From the NCBI GenBank assembly GCA_947628895.1, contig CANRBS010000003.1, positions 1,325 through 65,324 on the forward strand: DNA of 64,000 bases, in the 5' to 3' direction. This DNA is from an uncultured Bacilli bacterium (GTDB lineage: Bacteria > Bacillota_I > Bacilli_A > RF39 > UBA660). Below the pieces are notes generated by a model. The model made no database searches. It was not told the DNA's origin and saw only the letters and a list, made by a program, of their open reading frames with translations. Of the stretch, positions 28,986 to 36,428 are shown one piece after another. Position 1 is the stretch's first letter; every line of letters starts with the position of its first letter. The translations under genes and the position numbers were made by a program.

Positions 28986-29729
28986 TTTATTTCTCTCTTT
29001 CTTTCTTTTTATACTTTGTTATCTTTACTATATATATTATTGTTATTACTACTAATGGTACTAATACATATATTCCATATTCCACTGCTATTTTAAATAT
29101 CTTATTTGCTGTTAATTCTTTCTCTTTTATTTGTCTATCATATTCTCCTAGTGTCTCTTTAAATTCACTCTCTTCCATATCCTTTGTTGCATTTGTATAT
29201 GTTTTACATAATTCATGATCTGGATATTCTTCACAATATTCTGTCTTTATATATCTATTAAATCTTGGCACTGTATATCTTAATGTCTTTAATAATTCAT
29301 TTGGACATGCACTATCTTCTTTTCCATATACTTCTATTGTATATGTCTCTTCTTCTAAATTTGTATAACATCCTACTCCATATATCCCTACACTATCATA
29401 ATTCTTTCCTTCTGCCTTATTTCCACTTCCATCTGTTACTATTATCTTTACATCATCTCTTAATGGTGTTATTGATAAAAAATATGCATATGTTTCTTCT
29501 TCACTCATTTCTCCTGATGGATCTGTTGTCCTTGTATCTTCCTTAAATGTTGCACTTACTCCTACTGCCCATTCATTTAGTTCTTCATCATAACATAATG
29601 CTTTTACATTTATTACTAATAATGATGAAATTATTACTATAATTAATTTTACTAATTTTTTCATTATTTCACCTACTTTTACTCTAAATAAAATTATATC
29701 AAATAAAATAGAAAAAAGAAAGATTTTAT
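28953..29729. repeat. 777-bp direct repeat, copy 2 (5' end of B2, whole A2 gene, A2 upstream region)
   Basis: See copy 1. Identity ends at 29729/25419 on one side and decays below 28953/24643 on the other. Confidence 0.9.
28987..29664 (-). CDS. Small secreted protein with C-terminal TM anchor (paralog A2)
   Basis: 225 aa. Differs from A1 at two residues (N/S and V/M). Confidence 0.75.
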   Translation of the reverse strand: MKKLVKLIIVIISSLLVINVKALCYDEELNEWAVGVSATFKEDTRTTDPSGEMSEEETYAYFLSITPLRDDVKIIVTDGSGNKAEGKNYDSVGIYGVGCYTNLEEETYTIEVYGKEDSACPNELLKTLRYTVPRFNRYIKTEYCEEYPDHELCKTYTNATKDMEESEFKETLGEYDRQIKEKELTANKIFKIAVEYGIYVLVPLVVITIIYIVKITKYKKKEREK

Positions 29730-29755
29730 TGTATAATTAATTAGAGGTATTTTTT

Positions 29756-30325
29756 ATGTATGAAGTATTTAATAAAGAATTAAGTTATATTAAAGATGAA
29801 AGAATTAAAAGAAGTTTAATCACAATGTTAAAACTACTTCCTGATTATTTTTATGAAGTACCAGCAAGTTCTACTGGAAAGTATCATCCTAGTTTTGCAA
29901 CTGGTAATGGAGGACTTGTAAGACATACTAAAGTTGCTGTTAGAATTGCTAAAGAACTTCTTGATAATCCATCTCTAAATAATTTTACTCAAAATGAAAA
30001 AGATTTAATTTTATTTGCTTTAACACTTCACGATGGTATGAAAAGTGGAAAAGAAAAAAGTGAATATCATTTATTTGAACATCCACTTATTGTAAGTAAC
30101 TTTATAAAAGAAAATAAAGATAAATTAGAACTTACAGATGATGAAATTAATTTAGTATGTAGATGTATAGATACACATATGGGACCTTGGACTAAAAATT
30201 ATAAAGGCGAAGAAATTCTTGAAGCACCAAAAGATAAATATCAAAGATTTGTTCATATGTGTGATTATTTATCAAGTAAAAAATTTTTAGATGTTAAATT
30301 TGATAATAATGAATTAATAGGTTAA
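29756..30325 (+). CDS. HD-domain phosphohydrolase
   Basis: 189 aa. ...VRHTKVAVRIAKEL...ALTLHDGMKSG...CIDTHMGPW... fits the H..HD..D metal-binding pattern of the HD superfamily. Confidence 0.7.
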   Translation: MYEVFNKELSYIKDERIKRSLITMLKLLPDYFYEVPASSTGKYHPSFATGNGGLVRHTKVAVRIAKELLDNPSLNNFTQNEKDLILFALTLHDGMKSGKEKSEYHLFEHPLIVSNFIKENKDKLELTDDEINLVCRCIDTHMGPWTKNYKGEEILEAPKDKYQRFVHMCDYLSSKKFLDVKFDNNELIG

Positions 30326-30358
30326 AAAAAGAATATTTTAGTCATAATATTCTTTTTT
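30325..30358. terminator. Bidirectional rho-independent terminator between convergent genes
   Basis: AAAAAAGAATATT (30325-30337) pairs with AATATTCTTTTTT (30346-30358). The arms themselves are A/T-runs, so it can act on either strand. Confidence 0.6.
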
Positions 30359-30515
30359 ATTTAAACTAGTTTGTAATTTTTTAAATTCATTATTATCTTT
30401 AAATAATTCTTTAGCTTTTTCACTATCACAAAAACATTTTATATATTCTTTATATACTTCTTTGTCTTTTTTATTTTTATTAATTATATTTTTTATTTTC
30501 TCTATCATAACTCAC

Positions 30516-33110
30516 CTATTCATTTTGTACTTCTATTATTGTTAAATTATTTTCTTTAGCAATATTTAAAAGTTCATCATTTAATAAACCAACTATTATT
30601 ATAAATGCTGGACTCATAGTTGATAATTCAATATTATCTTTATTAACTTTAATAGTGGTCTTATTATTAATTGTTGTAAATCTAATAGAACCTGTCTTTA
30701 TTAATTTATCATATCCATAACTATTTTTATCAAGATTTACAATACTTGAACACAGATAATGTATACCATCATTATTAGTACTAGTAAGTACTTTAAACTC
30801 TTGACCAACTATAGTATATACTTTTACACCATTTCTTTCATTTTTTAAAACAATATCTGGTCTATATTTATACAATTCTTCTATTTCATTTAAAGATACA
30901 ATCATATTATTTATAAGTTCAACTTTATATTCTTTTATTTTATTAAATAGCTCATTAACACTAAATATGTTTCTTTTAACTTTATTAGTAATTATATTTT
31001 CTAAAAAAGATAATATTAAATCAAAATCATTGCTTGAAAATAATAATTTAGTCATACAAAACAAATTTACTTCATCATCTGTAAATATATTTTTATCATC
31101 AATTTTTAAAGTTTCAAGTGCTTCACTATCAAAAACATCACATATATTTTTTATAGTATCTACATCTAACCAACCACAATTTCCTTTTTCATCATATGAT
31201 TTATTAAATAAATACTTACATAATAAATTTTTATAAACATTTTCATCTTTTGTTACAGATAATTCTTCAACAATTTTTTTAATATAAAAAGTATCATAAG
31301 AAGATAGTTCTTCTTTTTTAGTTACATTATATTGATTTAATCCAGAAGATAATAGTAAAATTAAATTTTCAATTTCTAAATCTGTTAATTCTTTATCTTT
31401 TATATCTAATAATATATCTTTATAATATGTAAAATTTTCTATTGTTTTATATAATGATTCTTTATTTTTACCATATATTTCTATCATTATATAATAATAT
31501 TCTTTAAACAAATCATACATTTTATCAGATTTAATTATCAATAATAAATTTGATATATTAACAAAATTATATTTTGAATAATCTTGTAATAAATCATCAT
31601 CTATAAAAGATAATCTATTATCAAATAGTTCAAGTGAATTAATATTATATAAGTCTTTATTATTTTTAATTTTTCTTTTATATGCATTTGATAATATTTC
31701 ATTTAATATAGTTATTCTTTGAGCCGTTATTTTATTATTAGTTTTATCTTTATATAATATTGAAGAACCTATATATACAGATATTTTATCAAAAGCATTT
31801 GCTGTAATTATTTTTTTATTAAATAATATTTTAAATAATTCAAATATACAATTATAGTCTTTTTCATAATCATATTCATCCATATTTTCTATATATGTAT
31901 TATAAATTTTGTTTATAAGTTTGTAATATTTAGAATATATATCATTATTATCATAATATGATTTAAATAAATTTAAACATCTTGAATTACTATCAATTAT
32001 TATTTTTTCTTTTACGGCTTTTTCCTCATCTTTATTGTATAAAGGAACAACATATGGAAGAACATAGTTTACATCAATATTAATAAGTGATTTTATTTGA
32101 TCTAAATTAAGTTCTTGTAATATTTTAATAATTCTTTTTGTATATTGATAACTTATATCATTACTTTTAGAATCAAATCTATAAAGTTTTCCTTTTGCAT
32201 TAAATAAATTTTTATTAACCAATATATTTACTATTTCTTTAATTGATGATGATTCTATATTTTCTAAAATTCCATATACTATTTCTTGTGTTTTATCTTC
32301 TTTATTTTTTAGTATTGATAAGTTTACATATTTAATTAATTCTGTATCGTATTTTAATAATTTAACTAATATATCTTCTTCTATATAATTTATCATATAT
32401 GGATAAGTTTTAATATATTCTTTTTGTATATCAATATTTGCAGTATTAAAATTAGTAAAATCTTCTTTTATTTTATTAATTTGACTTTCTAAATATTTAT
32501 CTCTTGCAGAACCATTTAAATATGTAATGAATTCTTCTTTATCTGTATATTTATTTTGAACATTTTGATTAGCATATTTAATAAATATTGGATTTACTTC
32601 TAATATGTATTCCCATTGCTTATCAGTTAATTTATCTTTTATTTTTTCTATTAATTTTTCAGTTTCTTTTACATCTGAATTAGAAAGAACGGTTATTACT
32701 TTTTTTAAATCATCCATAAATAGTAATGTTATATCATCTGGTTGACTAAAATATAATTTTAAATAATTATTGTATTCTTCTTCATCGAATCCTACTACAA
32801 GTGCATTCATAAAAAATTTATTACCATGCATCCATAAACTTACTAGTTCTCTTTTTGCTTCTTTACTTCCTAAATTAAACATAGTAAGATTACTATTTAT
32901 TCTAGATACTTGAAAATCTAAAGGCAATATTCTAATTAAAGAGGGATGATTAAAAAACAAATAACTAAGTACTATTTCATTATTTGCAAATTCTTTATTA
33001 TCAAGATAAGCTATTTCTATTTCTTTTTCACTTTTATTTTTAAGTTTTGCTATGAAATCATTAGCTTTTCTTTGAACTTGTCTATTTTTCATATCTTTTA
33101 ATAGTGACAT
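30516..33110 (-). CDS. Large cytoplasmic protein, unknown function
   Basis: 864-aa uninterrupted ORF in very AT-rich DNA. Predicted mostly helical and K/N/I/E-rich. No signal peptide, TM or catalytic motif that I recognise. Confidence 0.7.
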   Translation of the reverse strand: MSLLKDMKNRQVQRKANDFIAKLKNKSEKEIEIAYLDNKEFANNEIVLSYLFFNHPSLIRILPLDFQVSRINSNLTMFNLGSKEAKRELVSLWMHGNKFFMNALVVGFDEEEYNNYLKLYFSQPDDITLLFMDDLKKVITVLSNSDVKETEKLIEKIKDKLTDKQWEYILEVNPIFIKYANQNVQNKYTDKEEFITYLNGSARDKYLESQINKIKEDFTNFNTANIDIQKEYIKTYPYMINYIEEDILVKLLKYDTELIKYVNLSILKNKEDKTQEIVYGILENIESSSIKEIVNILVNKNLFNAKGKLYRFDSKSNDISYQYTKRIIKILQELNLDQIKSLINIDVNYVLPYVVPLYNKDEEKAVKEKIIIDSNSRCLNLFKSYYDNNDIYSKYYKLINKIYNTYIENMDEYDYEKDYNCIFELFKILFNKKIITANAFDKISVYIGSSILYKDKTNNKITAQRITILNEILSNAYKRKIKNNKDLYNINSLELFDNRLSFIDDDLLQDYSKYNFVNISNLLLIIKSDKMYDLFKEYYYIMIEIYGKNKESLYKTIENFTYYKDILLDIKDKELTDLEIENLILLLSSGLNQYNVTKKEELSSYDTFYIKKIVEELSVTKDENVYKNLLCKYLFNKSYDEKGNCGWLDVDTIKNICDVFDSEALETLKIDDKNIFTDDEVNLFCMTKLLFSSNDFDLILSFLENIITNKVKRNIFSVNELFNKIKEYKVELINNMIVSLNEIEELYKYRPDIVLKNERNGVKVYTIVGQEFKVLTSTNNDGIHYLCSSIVNLDKNSYGYDKLIKTGSIRFTTINNKTTIKVNKDNIELSTMSPAFIIIVGLLNDELLNIAKENNLTIIEVQNE

Positions 33111-33271
33111 AACTTAACCTCTTTACTCTATTTTTACTATTAAATTATATCATAATAAAAAATGAAATGAAATATTTTTATTAATTATTATTTTTGTAAA
33201 GTTATACTTTATATTTTAAAATTATAATGTTATAATTATTATTAAGGAGATAAACCAATAGTTGGGTGTTA

Positions 33272-33291
33272 CCTTCTCTTCCAAGAGGAGG
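33272..33291 (+). promoter_or_regulatory. SD-sequestering hairpin in the 5' UTR of the small hydrophobic ORF
   Basis: CCTTCTC (33272-33278) pairs with GAGGAGG (33285-33291) over 7 bp including one G-U, around a 6-nt loop. The 3' arm is the ribosome-binding site. Confidence 0.4.
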
Positions 33292-33298
33292 TGGTATT

Positions 33299-33388
33299 AT
33301 GAATAAGAAAGATTTATTAATTTTTTTATTAATATCAATTATATTTCTATTATTATTTATAATATTAATTATTTTAATAGTTTTATAA
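33299..33388 (+). CDS. 29-aa hydrophobic peptide, candidate type I toxin
   Basis: ATG 33299, preceded by GGAGG with a 7-nt spacer. Translation is MNKKDLLIFLLISIIFLLLFIILIILIVL, stop TAA 33386-33388. Below the ORF-track length cutoff. Confidence 0.5.
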   Translation: MNKKDLLIFLLISIIFLLLFIILIILIVL

Positions 33389-33390
33389 TT

Positions 33391-33508
33391 TTTAAAATAG
33401 AAAAACACCTAACTCAACTTTTGAATTAGGTGTACTAAGATAACGGTAACACCCAACAACGAAATATTGGTATGTTTCCTTTTTTATTTTATTCAAGTTT
33501 TCCTTGAT
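33391..33508 (-). ncRNA. Candidate ~120-nt antisense sRNA (type I antitoxin) convergent with the small ORF
   Basis: Bounded by the minus-strand promoter at 33515-33543 and by the hairpin ACACCTAA (33405-33412) / TTAGGTGT (33426-33433). On the minus strand that hairpin is followed by TTTTTCTATTTT. The 5' end is inferred, not observed. Confidence 0.4.
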
Positions 33509-33514
33509 GAATAC

Positions 33515-33543
33515 ATAATACCATAAATTATTGATTTTTACAA
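33515..33543 (-). promoter_or_regulatory. Near-consensus sigma-A promoter reading into the pcrA-distal intergenic region
   Basis: Minus strand reads TTGTAA (33543-33538), a 17-nt spacer, then TGgTATTAT (-10 at 33520-33515). Confidence 0.5.
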
Positions 33544-33550
33544 GTAATGA

Positions 33551-35635
33551 CTATTTTTTCCTCAAATATTTGTGATTAGCTGCAATGGATTTTATACCTA
33601 CTCCATAAGAGAATGCTATTGTAGCAATACCACCGCTTATATTTATAACGACTCCTTCTCCAAATACTGTATGAATAACTTTATCTCCAGCTTTTATTTC
33701 ATCAGATGATTCATTATACATATTACCTATTACTTTAGTTTCATTGTTTTTAATTTGATCTTCTTTTGTATTTGTAATATTTAATAAACTTTTATCTATT
33801 TCTTTAATAAATCTACTTTCTATAGTACCACTTGTTTTACCATAAAGTGTTCTACTTCTTGCACTAAGTAAATAAAGTTTTGTTTTAGCACGAGTAATTC
33901 CTACATAACAAAGTCTTCTTTCTTCCTCAAGTTCACTTTCACTTTCAAAACTTCTCATATGTGGAAATATTCCCTCTTCCATTCCTAGTATAAATACTAC
34001 TTTAAATTCAAGTCCTTTAGCAGAATGTAATGTCATTAAATTAACAGCTTCTTTATTTTCTTTATATTGTCCTGCATCACTTACTAAAAGTATATTTTCT
34101 AAAAATGTTTGTAAGTCATAAATACCACTTTCTTCAAATGCAACAGCTACACTTTTAAATTCATTTAAGTTTTCTATTTTAGCTTCATTTTCAAGTGATT
34201 TATTATTTTCATATTCCATTCTAAGTCCAGTTTTAACAAGTACGGTTTCAATTAAATCAGATAAACTTAATGAAGTTGAATCTTCTTTTAATTCTAGTAT
34301 TATGTTTTTCCATTCTAGTTCTTTTCCAGAATCAATCGCATCAAACATAGATATGTTATTTAACTGTGCTTTTTCTCTTAAAGATTCTATTGTTTTAGTA
34401 CCAATTCCTCTTTTTGGAGTATTAATAACTCTTTCTAAACTTACTGAATCATTTGTATTATAAATTAAGTTTAAATATGCGATTAAATCTTTTATTTCTT
34501 TTCTACTATAAAAGTAATAACTACCTATAATATTATATGGAATATTACTTCTTAAAAATTCATCTTCAATAACTCTACTTTGAGCATTAGTTCTATAAAG
34601 AACAGCAAAGTCATTATAATTGTATCCAAGAGATACTAAATCTCTTATTTTAGCTGTAACATAATGAGCTTCTTTTATTTCATCATCTACTCTTATATAA
34701 TCTATTTTTTCTCCATCACCAGAAGAAGTCCAAAGATTTAATTTTTTACCTTCATTATTATTTTTAATAACAGAATTTGCTGCCTTTAAAATATTATTTG
34801 TACTTCTATAATTTTCTTCAAGTAAAACTACTTTTGCGGTTTTATAATCTTTTTCAAAATTTAATATATTCCTATAGTCAGCATTTCTCCATGAATAAAT
34901 TGATTGATTAGCATCCCCTACTACAAATATATTTTTATATTTACTTGCTAACATCTTACATAATTCATATTGAATACTATTAGTATCTTGATATTCATCC
35001 ACTAAAATATATTGAAATCTTGTTTGATATTTATTTAATATTTCTGGATATTTTTTAAATAATTCTACTGGCTTTAATAATAAATCATCAAAATCAACAG
35101 AATTATTTTCTTTTAATAATTTTAAGTATTTTTCATATATAACAGCTATTACTTTATCATCTTCTTTTAAAAATAGCCTATTATATTCAGCGGGTGTAAT
35201 CCCATCATTTTTAGAACTACTAATTCTTGATATTATATGTTTTATATCATAATCTTTTGGATCTAAATCCATTTCTTTTATTATTCTTTTTATTAATGAT
35301 TTAGTATCATCACTATCAAGTATTGTAATATTAGAAGTATACCCTACTTCTCTATAATTTTCTCTTAATATTCTAAGTCCAAAAGAGTGAAAAGTTCCAA
35401 TAAAAATAGAATCAGTACTAGTACCTAATTTTAATTCTACTCTATCTCTCATTTCTTTAGCAGCTTTATTTGTAAATGTTATAGCTAAAATATTATAAGG
35501 ACTTACTCCTTCATCAATTAATTTTATTATTCTTTCTGTCAGTACTCTTGTTTTACCACTTCCAGCTCCTGCTAGTACTAAACAAGGTCCATCTTTATGT
35601 TCAATTGCTTCAATTTGTTTTTCGTTTAATGTCAT
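33551..35635 (-). CDS. pcrA: ATP-dependent DNA helicase PcrA (UvrD/Rep family, SF1)
   Basis: 694 aa. ...GPCLVLAGAGSGKTRVLTERI... (motif I), ...ILVDEYQDTN... (motif II), ...VGDANQSIYSWRNA..., ...NYRST..., ...LMTLHSAKGLEF..., ...ERRLCYVGITRAK.... C-terminal ...GDKVIHTVFGEGVV.... Confidence 0.95.
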   Translation of the reverse strand: MTLNEKQIEAIEHKDGPCLVLAGAGSGKTRVLTERIIKLIDEGVSPYNILAITFTNKAAKEMRDRVELKLGTSTDSIFIGTFHSFGLRILRENYREVGYTSNITILDSDDTKSLIKRIIKEMDLDPKDYDIKHIISRISSSKNDGITPAEYNRLFLKEDDKVIAVIYEKYLKLLKENNSVDFDDLLLKPVELFKKYPEILNKYQTRFQYILVDEYQDTNSIQYELCKMLASKYKNIFVVGDANQSIYSWRNADYRNILNFEKDYKTAKVVLLEENYRSTNNILKAANSVIKNNNEGKKLNLWTSSGDGEKIDYIRVDDEIKEAHYVTAKIRDLVSLGYNYNDFAVLYRTNAQSRVIEDEFLRSNIPYNIIGSYYFYSRKEIKDLIAYLNLIYNTNDSVSLERVINTPKRGIGTKTIESLREKAQLNNISMFDAIDSGKELEWKNIILELKEDSTSLSLSDLIETVLVKTGLRMEYENNKSLENEAKIENLNEFKSVAVAFEESGIYDLQTFLENILLVSDAGQYKENKEAVNLMTLHSAKGLEFKVVFILGMEEGIFPHMRSFESESELEEERRLCYVGITRAKTKLYLLSARSRTLYGKTSGTIESRFIKEIDKSLLNITNTKEDQIKNNETKVIGNMYNESSDEIKAGDKVIHTVFGEGVVINISGGIATIAFSYGVGIKSIAANHKYLRKK

Positions 35636-35764
35636 ACTATTTACCTCTTAAAAAATTATAACATTTATTTTATTTTTTTTATAGCAAACATTTTTAAAAA
35701 TAGTAAATTTATAACAAATGATAATGTTTAGAATATAATACTATGAAAGAAAGAGAGGTAACTT

Positions 35765-36349
35765 ATGAAAAAATTAATTTTAACTATAGTAGTGATTATG
35801 ATTATTATTACACTTAGTATAATAGTAGGAATTAATGTAAAAAATAAAGATGAAAATAAACTTGATAAAGTTGTTGTTAGTGAAGTTACACATTCAGTAT
35901 TTTATGCTCCATGGTATGTATCTATAGAAAAAGGATATTTTAAAGATGAAAATATTGATGTTGAAGTATTATTAACTCCGGGAGCTGATAAAGTGGCAAC
36001 AGCTGTAATATCAAAAGATGCTGATATTGGATTTTCTGGACCTGAAGCAACTATTTATGTTTATAATAATTCAAAACAAAAATTATTAACATTTGCATCA
36101 CTAACTAAAAGAGATGGACAATTCTTAGTAGGAGACTGTAAATTAAAAGACAACTTTACAATGGACAAGTTAATTGGAAAAACAGTTTTAGCTGGAAGAA
36201 GTGCTGGTATGCCACTTATGATGTTTGAATATGCCCTAAAAGAAGCAAATATTGATAAAAGCAAAGTAAACATTGATACAAGTGTAGAATTTGCTGGACT
36301 TACCGGTGCTTTTATAGGTGGTCAAGGTGACTTTGTAAACTTATTTGAG
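35765..36349 (+). pseudogene. 5' fragment of an NMT1/ThiY-like ABC substrate-binding protein gene, interrupted by the recombinase element
   Basis: The track ORF ends ...GDFVNLFEQSAMIII*. The conserved sequence stops at ...FVNLFE (GAG 36347-36349), after which element DNA supplies 7 foreign codons and a stop. Confidence 0.75.
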
Positions 36350-36385
36350 CAAAGTGCAATGATAATAATTTAGTATTATAATTCT

Positions 36386-36424
36386 AATAAAAAGTCAAAT
36401 TGATTTTTATTTCAACTTGACTTT
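36386..36424 (-). terminator. Rho-independent terminator after the kinase gene
   Basis: AAAGTCAAATTG (36391-36402) pairs with CAACTTGACTTT (36413-36424) at 11 of 12 positions. The minus strand continues TTTTTATT. Confidence 0.6.
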
Positions 36425-36428
36425 TATT

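Noticed and set aside
30338-30508. 56-codon ORF (MIEKIKNIINKNKKDKEVYKEY...) just downstream of the 864-aa gene
   Set aside because: The SD-like GGTGAG is only 2 nt from the ATG. The 3' end of the ORF overlaps the bidirectional terminator hairpin, and its composition is simply K/N-rich. This is insufficient support for a CDS call.
33202-33408. 68-aa minus-strand ORF (MFFYFKNYKT...)
   Set aside because: It has no RBS and low-complexity N/I/K content. It lies antisense to a short ORF that has a strong SD and structured UTRs, so I interpret the region as a type I TA-like locus instead.
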